From Mustelus asterias (taxonomy: Eukaryota), in contig NC_135804.1 of the NCBI RefSeq assembly GCF_964213995.1, positions 97,960,001 through 98,024,000 on the forward strand: DNA of 64,000 nucleotides, given 5' to 3'. Below the pieces are notes generated by a model. It did not search any database, was not told where the DNA came from, and worked only from the letters and a program-made list of their open reading frames with translations. A program made the translations under genes and the position numbers. Of this stretch, positions 11,366 to 23,740 are shown one piece after another; the first letter of the stretch is position 1, and every line of letters starts with the position of its first letter.

Positions 11366-12197
11366 TTTGTGGTGATTGTCCCTTTAAGGGCAACACAGCA
11401 GAATAAGGGTCACCTGCCTTGAGGGGCCAATTGGGGTGAACAGTGGGTTATCATCCCAGGGGACCGAGTCCTCTCTTAAGTAGAAGACATGTAGGGACCT
11501 ACAAGCAGCCATGTGGGATTTGTGCAGTTTTTCTTAAAAATAAATACCGTTTTTGTGTTTCTAATGAAATCTGTGACAGTGCATCATTACAACCTGCTGA
11601 ACAGATCTTTCATTTAGCTTTTTTTTTGGTTTTGGTCCATCACAAAACAGAATATATCTATTAAAATACATGGAATAGAACAGTAATACTAAAAATAATT
11701 GATTCTTCTCCCCTTCTTAGAGCAGCCCACTTTCCTGACTGTTGTAAAGAATATTTTATTCCTAAAGCCAGAAGTAAAGTGCCAAGACATGCTTCTAGTG
11801 TGCTGGATTTGGACAGACACTTTCAGCGCTCAGTGTCCTTTTTTGCATATGTCATGAGAGTTAATTTCAGGGACCCATGGCCACGGCAAACTCCAGCTGC
11901 ATGGTGGGCATCCAGCCAACTGGTAACTGCTGACATAAAGAGGCCTTTGTAAAAACCATCTGGATGATTGACAATTTATTTTCACTGTAAGGGTTGGTAG
12001 CTGTGTAGATGGACCCAGGCTGCGAGAGCCCAACTAGAAAAGAGTTTGTGTTGGTACAAAGATCAGAAACGACACAGAGTCCCACCACCACACAGCGGGC
12101 ATTATCATTGTTACTGTTGATGGATCAATAACACGTTTATAAACACATTGGGCTGCAGTTGCTGGTTTAACAAGTAAGTTTGGCTGGATGAGGAACA

Positions 12198-12515
12198 ATC
12201 ATAGAATCCCTGCAGTGCAGAAGGAGGCCATTCGGCCCATTGAGTCTGCACCGACCACGATCCCATCCAATCCCTATCCCCGTAACCCCACATATTTACC
12301 CTGCTAGTTCTCCTGACACTATGGTCAATTTAGCATGGCCAATCTACCTAACCCGCACATCTTTGGACTGTGGGAGGAAACCGGAGCACTCGGAGGAAAC
12401 CCATGCAGACACAGGGAGAATGTGCAAACTCCACACAGACAGTGACCTGAGGCTGGAATTGAACCCAGGTCCCTGGCACTGTGAGGCAGCAGTTCTAAAC
12501 ACTGTGCCACCATGC
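12198..12515 (-). mobile_element. HE1 SINE with CR1-type tail
   Basis: tRNA-like head at 12515-12450; tail ...GAATGGCCTCCTTCTGCACTGCAGGGATTCTATGATT is shared with CR1 3' ends. Confidence 0.9.
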
Positions 12516-12929
12516 CAATAACAGATCATAAATTATAATTTGACACTAAAATGGCTGCATTTGGAAGGAAAGCCACAAACTGTGTTAAATTGCCAACAGG
12601 AATTAGAGGTAAGATATCTCCTCAACTGTGCATACGTCTTCTCTTTAATTTTTCCCATATCCTCCTTGTCCACCAACTGCATTCTGGAACAGCCATTGAA
12701 CTCCAGATAACATATTAAACAAATCTGTTCATGATTTTCTTGCACCTTCTGTAATGTAGGAATTGAGTTTCTGTGGTATAAGATTTAACTGAATATTATT
12801 TTCCAACTGACATCTATTGAATTAGTTTGTTCATGGTCCTTCAAATATTTTATCACTAAGGGAGGAAATACTTTGCATTTCCTGTTTGAAATGCCTTAGA
12901 GCCCTCAGTGCTTGAGAACAGAATGGTCA

Positions 12930-13208
12930 ATTGTCGTAAAAATACTGGGCAGGTCCAGAAAGACCATTTCAAGGTCCGTTGAGCTCGGGCGAGAATTTCT
13001 GGTCTTGGAGCATGCACGGTCAGAAAATCCCACCCCATGTCTTCATAGCTCAGTTCCTGGTCACTCAATTATGGCTGGAATGTTACCACCGTTCACCCCA
13101 GTAGGATTTTCCCATCACGCCGCAGTGAACGGAGATTTGGCTGGGCGAAAATTCTCCGACCTTGCTGCAGTGGGAGCATGGCATAAACGGCCGGTAAGAT
13201 CGCTCCCC
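12930..13208. mobile_element. Two adjacent ~100-135-bp MITEs
   Basis: The first ends GAAAATCCCACCC (about 13035) and shares GGTCCGTTGA.CTCGGGCG with copies at 23141, 29457 and 40456. The second spans 13073-13208: GGCTGGAATGTTACC...GGTAAGATCGCTCC. Confidence 0.6.
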
Positions 13209-13859
13209 ACAACTCCTCAGCCCAAGAGTTTAAATTGTCCAATTATCACCCCATTGTTAATCGCTCTATTTTCATTAATTTCTTTCAATGTCCCATTGCC
13301 AATTACCTCTCCATTCATGAACCCCTTCCTAGTTTCCCTCTTTCCCACCATACCAAGCCTACTCTTGATATCTTGAGTGACTTCAGAGTGTGCTGTTCTT
13401 ACTCAACCTATCAGTATTCCTCCACATGGCCCACTGCTCAATCTTCCTGTCACCCTTTTCATTTTTGCATGCCTATCTGTTCCATCTTCAATCCTAACTC
13501 TTTCTCTTCTACACAATCACCTAAAGATTTACCCCAAGGCTTCACCTTTGATCTCTTTCTATTCCTTGCTTGCGTATTACTACCCGATTCATTTTTGTCA
13601 TCAATTTCCCATATGTCCCTCTATCGACTTCACATTTTTAAAAAATTGTGCCTCTGTCTCTGATATCAAGATGTGAATGGAGCTGAACTTCACCAAGAAC
13701 AAAACTATCTATCTCCCTTCACAGCCGCTCATGCAAGCTGAAATGTGTATTGGGAATTTTTAAGTTTCAAACATGGTATCCAATCAAACACCTCAGTCAG
13801 CAGACCGCTATTAAGAAAATATAATGAACTAGATTTTGATCTGACTCCATGTTTGTTTT

Positions 13860-14520
13860 TTATTCATTCGAGGAATGTGGGCTTCACTGGCTAGGTCAGC
13901 ATTTACTTCCCATCCCTAATTGCCCTTGCAAAGGTGGTGCTGAGCTGCCTTCTTGAACTGTTGGCAGTCCATGTGGGATAGTAATACCCACAGTGCTGTT
14001 AAGGAGCGAGTTCCAGGATTTTGATCCAATGACAGGGAAGGAACGGCAATATATTTCCAAGTCAGAATGATGTGTGGTTTGGCGGGAACTTGTACGTTAT
14101 GGTGTTCCCGTGCATCCACAGCCATTGTCCTTCAAGGTGGTAGTGGTCATGGGTTTGGACGGTGCTGTCTAAGGAGTCTTGATGAGTTCCTGCAGTATAT
14201 CTTTCAGAAGACACACACTGCACCAGCGATTGATGCAATGCATGTTTGTAAAAGGGGTGTCAATCAAGCGGGCTGCTTTGTCCTGGAGGATGTCAAGCTT
14301 CTTGAGTGTTGTTGGAGCTGCACACATCCAGGTAAGTGGAGAGCTTTCCATTACACTCCTGACTTGTGCCTTGTAGATTATGGATAAACGTTGGAGAATC
14401 AGAAGGTGAGTTATTTGCAGCAGGATTCCTAGCCTCTGACCTGCTCTTGTAGCCACAGTATTTACATGGCTGGCCCAGTTCAGTTGTTTGTCATTCATAA
14501 CACACAGGTTGTTGATAGTA
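13860..14520 (-). mobile_element. CR1-clade LINE (second family), RT C-terminus and 3'UTR
   Basis: ORF 14169-14606: LNWASHVNTVATRAGQRLGIL...IYKAQVRSVMESSPLTW...KKLDILQDKAARLI. Confidence 0.8.
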
Positions 14521-14599
14521 GTGAATGGAGGCCATAAGATTTGGTAAATGGAAGCCACAGGATCAGTAGAAAGCTCACCAAAGTACTTGGTGCAGGTTG

Positions 14600-14890
14600 T
14601 GGGCACTGGGTGGCAACCTGCAACTAGTAGAGTGCCTCATGGATCTGTGCTGGGGTCACAATTATTTACAATATATGTTGATGACTTGGATGAGGGAAGT
14701 GAATGAACTCTTGCCAAATTTGCAGATGACACATTGAGATAGACAGATTATTAATCAGTAAGGGAATCAAGGATTATGGGGATAAAGTGGGGAAGTGGAG
14801 CTGATGATTATATCAGATCAGCCATGATCTCATTGAATGGCAGAGCAGAATTGATGGGCCAATTGGTCTACTTCTGTTCCTACATCTTAT
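14600..14890 (+). mobile_element. CR1 fragment with internal deletion
   Basis: VPHGSVLG...IYVDDLDEG...KFADDT joined directly to a CR1 3'UTR (AGATCAGCCATGATCTCATTGAATGGCAGAGCAG). Confidence 0.75.
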
Positions 14891-16467
14891 GGTCATGTCT
14901 CCCCAAGCAGCTTACCCAAGGCAAAGGATCAAAATACAAACCAAGATGTGCAAACTGTCCCCACAATTTATCCTTTTTAAGTCCAAGTATTAAAACAGGT
15001 GAATCGAGGGGAGACAATTCTGCTCTTTCTCTCGCCTGCCTGCTGCGTTTACGTTCTTTTGTTACTGTTAAGTTATCTTCCACTGTATACGGCATGGAAC
15101 AACATCCTCAGCATTTGGAATGTCCTTCACAGGAACCATCAACCCACAGCACAACAAATCCCTTTCAGACGTTGCTTCAGGGGCAACCTGATAGATCAAT
15201 CACCTTTGTTCTTCCATGAGGTCCGAGCAAGGGAACATTTGGAAGAGTGGAGAGGAACCAGCTGGATAGGAGGCCCCCTGTGACCCTGCTGGAGGCCACT
15301 ACAATCTGAAGGCCTGTTCCAGATGTTACAGTGACCTAGGAAAATAAAAGCGCGCAGTACTCTGGCTGCAATAGCACAAAGGAACAGAGAAGCAAAAGGA
15401 GATTGCAACAAAGGAACTGATTTCTCCATGTGGGGTTAAGTCCCCATTAAGTTGATGCGGTAATTAAAATTAAGAATGTTTCTACATTACCTCATAGCAC
15501 AGATATTCATCACAGACTCTGCAAAATGAATGAGCAGTTCTACCATCAGGATATCTTTTAACAGGGAAATTTCTCCAACAGTCCTGGCAAAAATGAAATG
15601 TTTACAAAGAACTGTGATTAATTGCAACAGTTCTTTGATATGTATCAGTTGAAGCGTTTTCTTGCTCTGCAAATTCCATAATTATGATGAAATTCACAGG
15701 TTTAACAGTAGCAATCTCACGCCTTCTCGATCAGCTACCTAAAAAAATTAGCCTCACCATCCTGTGCTCTGATTACACAGTTTACAAAAACATGTATCAA
15801 GGTGTCAGTGGATTTTGATAAAATCACATCACTTCTTTGTGGACCATGAATGAACGAGTTGGAGTGAAGAATGTGTGGCTCGCTTTATCTATTTTTTTGT
15901 GTTCCAGATTCAGTATGCAGCCACATAACAGCGCTTCATAAGGAGGAAATAAGGTAAAAGGAAAAATACTAAAACTCCTCCTCAGAGTCCCAAGGGTTAA
16001 ACCTCAATGGCTGAGAGCCAAGCCGAGGAGAAGATCTAACTGACAGTTTGGAGAGAAGAATTTCTTCCTTTGCTTTCTAATGTTTACAAGGGCAAGACAA
16101 ACTGCACTGAAATCTTTGTGTGGTACAAAGGAGATTGTTTCAGCTGCAATTTCTACTTAAAAGCCTTCCTGGCTGAAGCCAGTGCCAGGACGGAAACAAA
16201 CTGGGAGTGTAAACAGAAAGCAAACTGTGCAGAATGGTATCAGGCTCATTTTTAAAAAATACAGTTCCAGTTTTCTTTTCATCCCCGGACTGGGATAATT
16301 TACAAGTAAAACAGCTCAGCAAAAATTATAATATTTTGATATCATTCTATATGATGGAATTTTTTTGGAGGGGATAAGAAATGCTCATCAAATGAGGTAT
16401 CAGGGAAAGAAATTTCAAGCACATGCTTTCAGCACTCATTTCAAGGACAGGTTCAATACAGACGACA

Positions 16468-16943
16468 CAGGCATCACAGCTTGGTGTGGCTCCTACTCTG
16501 ATCAAGACAGCAAGAAACTACAAAGGGTCGTGAATGTAGCCCAGTCCATCAGGCAAACCAACCTCCCATCCATTGACTCTGTCTACACTTCCCGCCGCTT
16601 TGGAAAAGCAGCCAGCATAATCAAGGGCCCCACGCACCCCGGACATAGTCCCTTCCACCTTCTTCCGTTGGGAAAAAGATACAGAAGTCTGAGTACACAT
16701 ACCAACTGATTCAAGAACAGCTCCTTCCCTCCTGCCGTCAGACTTTTTAATGGACCTATCATGTATTAAGCTGATCTTTTTCTCCACTCTATCTGCAGTT
16801 GCAACATTATATTCTGCACCCTCTTCTTTCCTTCTCCCCTATGTACTCTATGAATGGTATGCTTTGTCTATATAGCATGCAAGAAACAATACTTTTCACT
16901 GTATCCCAATACATGTGACAATAATAAATCAAATCAAATCAAA
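16468..16943 (+). mobile_element. Rex1/Babar-clade LINE 3' fragment
   Basis: GITAWCGS....KKLQRVVNVAQSI...LPSIDSVYTSR...KAASIIK.PTHPGH..F.LLP.GKRYRS..T.TN*FKNS; tail TACATGTGACAATAATA(AATCA)n. A short piece of the same tail lies at about 28915-28955 on the minus strand. Confidence 0.85.
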
Positions 16944-17444
16944 CATGTGGAGTAAAGTTTTCTGTGCACTTTCTCATAGAGCAGTCCCAATTCTGACAAG
17001 CTCAGCATACAGTAAAACTTGCTTTACTTTACCCCGGCCATATGTAATATCCTAAACTCAGCAGTGCAATAGTCCCATACGTGCCACTTTGTGACTTTTC
17101 TGAGTGAGACTACCAAGTAATGTCAATTTAATAACTTGGTGCTAATTTAGGATTAAGTTATGAGCAGTTTGTACTGTGGACTACTCCCAATGAAAACATG
17201 CTTGAAAGCAGCTCATATTACTTTAGATCCTATCAGCCAGGAGAGAATGAGGAGACTTTTATCCCATCATTCTGAACTGCTTTCAAAGCCAAACCCAATG
17301 GTGAAAGGTCAGTTAGCTAAATGAACAGTCTCTCACTCATTTTCCTATTACGATTCCATCCAAAATTTAAAATGATACTGCTGGTTCTATGAGTATTATA
17401 TATTTTTTTAAAAGATAAATGACTTTTCTAATGAAAAGGGAAAC

Positions 17445-18070
17445 CATAGAATCACAAATATTTACAGCATGCACAAACATTTTTGGTCCATAATTCCTGT
17501 GCCAATTCTTTCCTGAGGCAGTCATAATCTGTCATATCCTCTGTCGGTCACCCAGTATCGTACCCTGCTTCAGTTATTAATTCCTCCTGTAAAGGATGCA
17601 ACAGTTGGGGTTTCTGTCTCATTCACTCATAGCAACAGCCTTCTCACTGCCTTCGGATCAATTTTAAATTAATGACTCGTCATTACTGACTTCTGAACCA
17701 GAAGAAACAGTCATTCCCTATACACTCCATAAAATACTACATGGCTTAAAAAAAAGAATTTAAATCTTCCCGTAGCCGTCTCTGCTCCAATTGCTCAAGT
17801 TTTCCCCTATTGCTAAAGCTTCCCATCCTGGTACTAATGCGATGAATCTACACTGTACTCTCTCAAATGTTTTGTTACCTTTTCTATAGTAAGACTGAAT
17901 ATTTGAGCTGTAGTCTAACCAGTCTTATGTATAAATTCGTCATTACTCTTTACTGTCATACTCTATGCCTCTATTTATGAAACAAAAAGTCTGTTGTTTT
18001 TTTTGTGGCTTTACCCACCTGTATTTGCACTGTAAGAAATTATGTATATGTATCCTTTTGTTGCTCTGTT
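17445..18070 (-). mobile_element. Old, diverged CR1 3' fragment
   Basis: CATAGAATCAC tail start and degenerate antisense CR1 C-terminal motifs. Confidence 0.5.
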
Positions 18071-20139
18071 TTTACCCCAAAACAGTATCTGTTACTAATC
18101 CACGTTAAATTACAGAATTAAGTTTAACCCCCACCATTCTCCCATAATAAGATTGTGTTAACAATAATAGGGTATCAGCAAGTAAGGTCTATGCAAAGAA
18201 TAGTGGTAAAGGCTCTTCACTTGAATGTTTGGAGTATTTAAAGGATAAATGAATATAGAGTCACAAATAGCGATAAATGGTTTCGATCTAATCATCATTT
18301 CTGAAATATTGAGCTGGATTTTCATGGAATTGAAACAACTCCACTGCCATTGAAAAATGGCGGGCATGACCCAATTCCAGGGATTGCTGGTGCCCCCACT
18401 TTTCACTGGCTTGGGATACGGATACAAGTAGTGAAGCTACACCCTGCACCTCTAAGCTGGCCAGCTTCATTTCAGGGATGGGATCATCTGGCTCCCTGTC
18501 CCCCGCAATTTACCAAGAGTTTGGCCAGCTTCCGGATTCCAGAGGAATCGTAAACCATAGTCTGGATTCGGGAAACCTTTCAAATGTAACTTCAAAAGAT
18601 TTTAGCCATGCACCACATGTCAAATCCATGCCAACTCATGATCCCCCCCACCCTCCCCAAGCCACCCTCATTGTCCGTTATAGCCCCCATACCAACCCAT
18701 GCCTCCCAGACTTTTATAAGAAGGATTATAGAAGTGAATTTGGTTACACATGTGCAGAGACATGTTGATTTTGCTTGATTGATTTATTTATGAGGTTATA
18801 AGAAGTTACTTTTTCTGTGACCTCTTATGGCAATGTCTTGATGTTTATTTACACAAGGTTAGGAGATGTCAAATGCTTCAAGCTTCTGTTGTTGATCATT
18901 TAATGGTCTGCTTTATTTACACTGTTTCAGGATTGTATTAACACCAGATTTTTTTTCCAAAAAATTACAAATGGGTTTTTTTTTCTAAGTTGTTTCATAC
19001 ATGCCATTGTTACTTTGAAGTTCATTGCTTCTATACATAGTGTATACTGGGTGAATGGACATGATAGAGCCGGGGTCACAGCGATAGGGCTTGGGAAGGA
19101 TTGTTGTTGGTGCAGGCTCAATGACCAAATGGCCTCCTTCTGTACTGTAGGGTTTCTATGATTCTATGATTCTATGAGTTAGCATGGAGAGTGGATACTG
19201 GGAGTGATGGGGTGCAGGGTTGCGGGCTAGAGCACATAAAATGTAACCAAGCAATTAAGATGAAGTCTCAGAGAACTAAGGTGGGCCTTTTAACCAGCTC
19301 GTCTCAATATTCCGCCATCCTTGTGGCTGCCTCTAATCTGCTTCAGAGGTGGGAGGCCTGAGTTTATCAGTAGAGAAAATCTGATCCTTTGTTTCAAAGT
19401 GAACAAGGCTGATAAATCAATATTACCGAGCACTCAACATTTTGAAAAGATAGGCAAAGTAGAAAAGGAAGAGAGTAAGTGTTACAAAACCAAAGTAGCA
19501 AGAAATATCTTGGTTCAGAGTTTTAAAAAATAGAGATAGCATGGGTGAATATTAGAAATTACAAGGGTCAAAAAACACTGGTGGGAGTAGTTTAAATTCC
19601 CCCAACACTAGTTATGCTGTTGAATAGAATATTAAGCCAGAAATAATTGGAACTTGCAAAAAAAAGGCAATAAAATTGTGGGGAACATTAATCTTCATGT
19701 AAACTGTACAAATCAAATTGGCAAAGGTGGTCTGGAAGCTGAGTTTGCAAAATGCTTTCGTGGCAGTTTCCTGAAACAGTGGCCTGAATTTTTTGTCTGT
19801 CAGGCGCACACATTCAGTGGTCCCAGATATAGACAGTTGACCCCTGGGCTCAATTTCACGCTGGCTGGCCAATTAACAGGCAGGCAGTGTGAAACACACT
19901 CTGTGAAAGGCGGTAAGAGGGCAGGTGCTCAGGAAAAGGTGGGCGCAGGCTGGGCGCAGGCTGGGCGCAGGCTGGGCGCAGGTTGGCTCTTCTACTGTCC
20001 TCCCTCAGGGATCGGCCTGCGGAGCTGACTCAGATGCTGCATACCCGCAAAAAATAAATTGCGATGGAAAGATTATGCAAAGTGTGTCTAGGCAGCGCAT
20101 TCAAACACAAACCTCAGCCCCAAACACCTTTTCCAATTT

Positions 20140-20362
20140 CACAACACCAGGAACCTGGGTTCAATTCAGGCCTTGGGTGACTGTCTGTGTGAAGTTTGCA
20201 TGTTCTCCTCATGTCTGTGTGGGTTTCCTCCAGGGGTGGGGGTGGGGGGGGGGGCGTGGTGGGTGGGGGGGGGGGGACGCTCAGGTAAGATCTGTCAGAG
20301 AGTTGGTGCAGACTCAGTGGACCGAATGGCCTCCTTCGGCACTGTGGGGATTCTATGATGAT
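20140..20362 (+). mobile_element. Degenerate HE1 SINE (CR1-type tail) with an internal G-tract
   Basis: B box GGGTTCAATTC, HE1-type body, tail GAATGGCCTCCTTCGGCACTGTGGGGATTCTATGA. Confidence 0.65.
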
Positions 20363-21039
20363 CTATGGTGATATCAGCCCAGCCCAGTTCATCTCATCCT
20401 GGGTCAAAGTTGAAGCTAAAACGTAAAGGATGCCCGGCCAATCAGTCACCCGGCCAAATGTAAAAACAGATGGGTCACATAAAATTATATCCACTTCACC
20501 CCTTAATGGGTTACATTGCCATTTTGATTGACGGCGAGTGTGCTTCTGACCTACGCCTGTGCCTGCTGGTTGAAATATTGCATGAGTGTGTGATGAAGTG
20601 GACATGCACCAAGTGACATCGTGTGCGATTTTACACACTTCCAGGTCAGGCGCTTACCCAACCGAGCAACATAGTATTTTGACCAATATGCTCTGGGCCC
20701 CTTTAGAGGTTAAGCTATTTTAGGCCCAGTATTACATAATGAGTCATTTAATTTGTAATCTCATAGTAAAAGATCCTTTGGGAAAAAAAATGATCATAAT
20801 TGAATTCCAGCCTAAGTTTGAAAGTGACATACACCAGACCTAAACCAGAATTTAAAAGTTAAACAAAGCCATTTACATAGGTATGAGGGGACAGCTAGTT
20901 AAGGTTGATTGGTTAAATAGACAAAAAGATACGGCAACATTTAAAGCAATGATTCAAAATGTTCAATAAAATTACATCCCGTAAAAGCAAAAGCTAAGCG
21001 AGAAAGATTGATCTGCGAATAGACAGGATGGCTCCAAAT

Positions 21040-21805
21040 TCCATTCCACAGCTATCTACTGTATCCCTCTCCTGGGTAACCGTTTGAGATTAAGCCAGTC
21101 TGTTTGCAACCTCAGTGTCACATTTGATTCTGCAGTGAACTTCGGAACTCATATTCATGCCATCACTAAGATCACCTATTTCCATCTCCAAAACATCACT
21201 TGCCTTTGTCTTGGCTCAACTCATCTGCTGCTGAAACCATTGTCTATGCCTTTGTTACCTCAGGCTATGCCAATGCACTCCTGGTTGGTCTCCCACATTC
21301 TACCACCAACGGCCCTCCCATAAACTTCCAAGGTGATCCAAAGCTCTGCTGCCCGTGTCTTAAATCCCCTTTCACCCCTGCGCTCGCTGACCTATACTGG
21401 CTCTCGGTCAACCAGCATCTTGAATTTTGAAGATTCTCATTGTTGTTTTCAAATCTCCTGATGACCTTACCCCTCCACATCCCTTTAATCTCCTTCAACC
21501 CCACAATGTTTCAAGATAACTTGACTTCTTTAATTATAATTGTTCCACCATTGGTGGCTGTGCCTTCAGTTGATTAGGCCCAAGCTCTGGAATTCTATCC
21601 CCCACACTCCACATACATCTTCACTTCTCTACCTCACTTTTCTCCTTTAAAACACTTCTTAAAACCCATTTCCCTGACCAATCTTTTGGTCATCAGACCT
21701 AATATTTCATGTGATCGGTGTCAAACTTAATTTGAAAATGTTCCAGTAAAATGCTGTGGGACATTTTGTCATGTTAAAGGCACAATATAAATATAAGTTA
21801 TTTCT
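21040..21805 (+). mobile_element. L2-clade LINE 3' fragment
   Basis: NLSVTFDS..NF..HI..ITK..YFHLQNI / L.SSAAETIV.AFVTS..YANALLVGLP...TP.LADLYWL.V; 3' end ATGTTAAAGGCACAATATAAATATAAGTT. Confidence 0.8.
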
Positions 21806-22270
21806 GTTAAGTGAATGGGCAACAAGGTGGAATATGAAGTATAAAGTGAGGAAGTGTGAAATTATTCACTTTGGTAATAAGAACAGTAAGCAGTATACTT
21901 ATTTAAAGGCATGAAACTTCAGAGTGTTGATCTTCAGAGAAAGTTGAGTGTATCATAGAAGGAACTCAGAAAATCAACATGCAGGTATAGCAAGAAATTA
22001 TGAAAGTAAATGGCATGTTGGCCTTTATATAGTAGGATTTGAAAACAACAATAAGAAAGGCTTGCTATAATTGTCTAGGGATTTGGAGTACTGTGCTCGG
22101 TTTTGGTCTCCAGATCTGAGGAAGGACAGACTTGTCTTGGTGGTGCTACAACAAATATTCACTAAATTGGTTCCAAGAGATGAGTGTGCTGTCCTAGGAT
22201 AAGAAGCTGAGTAAATCTACCCTTTAGTATTTGAAGTTTAGAAGAATGAGAGGTGATCGTATTGAAACAT
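21806..22270 (+). mobile_element. Old CR1 ORF2 C-terminal fragment
   Basis: Degenerate W...W....V.KCE.IHFG and LEYCA.FWSP motifs. Confidence 0.7.
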
Positions 22271-22549
22271 ATTTTCAATCATCTGCAAATGTCAAGATTT
22301 TGTTTACTGTGCCAAGTCAAAATCATCTGTAGGTCTCAAGCTCAAAAGGTTACCAAATACTGACCTCTGGGATACATCACTTCCAACCTTTCTCCAGCCT
22401 GATAGATAGCCATTTCTCCTCTCTGTATTTTTCCCATGCTCTAACATTTTCTTTTATACCATACGCCTACATTTTTCAAACAAGCCACTTGTAAGATATA
22501 TTATTTAAAATGTTCTGAAAAACATGTACAATACGTCAACATGTGTATT

Positions 22550-23740
22550 GTGAAAAACAATGTGCTGAAGAAGCTTTACACTCATCAGGACTGACATGAA
22601 AATGCCATATTTCAAAGGGTGAAATAATTTGCACTGCATGAGATTGTTAGGATGTTGTCATAGCAAATGTACAACTGAGTTAATGTCACCTACGATTTCT
22701 TTGGTATTCAAAAAAGTAGCAATGTCTGGACATATTCCTTTTGCCTGCTGAGGACCAGTCCCTACATATGAATATATGTAGCTTCTAGCAAGTGTAAGTG
22801 AGCTACATTGTGAGCCCAACTGATAATTTTAGCATGTTCAGGATTGTTCAGCAAATGCTGCCCAATCATGGAATGCCATCTAACGTCAGACAGTATAAAT
22901 TGACTTTGTAGTCACAGCTTGGTTAAGTACAATCAGTGCTCTGATTATTATGAAGAGCCAAAACTGTTTTATATGATCCCCCAGTCAATGGGACGTACAA
23001 CCTACATTCTCGACATTGCAGTGGCACTGAAATTCATATGCCCCGTTACTCATTTGTGTGGCAGGGAGAACAACCTTTTGGCTTGATGGTAGCATCCTAT
23101 TAGTGGAAAACACCACCAAGCCAACCAATGCCTGCAAAACGTAGGAATTTTTCCCATCCCGCCCGCCACAGGAATCGTAGTAGGCAGGGGGTGGTGTGGG
23201 GGGGGGGGCGGGGGGGGGGGGGTGGATGAACCATACAGAGGTCTGTTGACCTCGGGAGGCATCTTCCAGTTTTGGGGTGAGCACGGCTGGAAAATCCCGC
23301 CCATAATGCCTAATATAGATGTGATTCTGTGATTGGGCAGCATTTGCTGAACAATCTTAAGTGTGTTAAGAATTACAACAACAGCCAATTTAAGATTATC
23401 AGTCAGATTCACAAGATAGCTCACTTGCTTGCTAGAAACTACATTGTATTCTTGGGCATAGACCCATCCTCTACAGGAAAAAGGAATATATCCAGACATT
23501 GCACCTTTTTTGACGAAACAAAAGCATGGGGAATCAAAGCTCTTTGGAGAAGTTACCACGGCAATGCCTTGAATAATCAGAGCTGACTTATTAACCAATC
23601 AGCAACCCTTGTCTCAGACAGCATAAATTGTTCCTCCCTTTGAAATTTGGCATTCTTGTATCAGTCCTGATGAGTGCAAGTTGAAAAGTTTCCACAGTAT
23701 GTCTCCTTTTTCAGCAAACACAAGTTCTGCACCACCAAGC
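22550..23740. mobile_element. Penelope-like element remnant: two GIY-YIG C-terminal/pLTR copies in inverted orientation
   Basis: Plus strand 23320-23500: DSVIGQHLLNNLKCVKNYNNSQFKIISQ...AHL..LE. The same IGQHLLNN segment is on the minus strand at about 22840-22880. Each arm ends in GTCCTGATGAGTG (23665+, 22592-). Confidence 0.75.
23141..23302. mobile_element. MITE with expanded G-tract, inserted in the Penelope remnant
   Basis: Reverse complement of the 40456-40580 type; ends GGAAAATCCCGCCC. Confidence 0.65.

Noticed and set aside
19940-19983. (GGGCGCAGGCT)x4 tandem repeat
   Set aside because: Short slippage repeat inside a probable MITE-like element, with no further structure.
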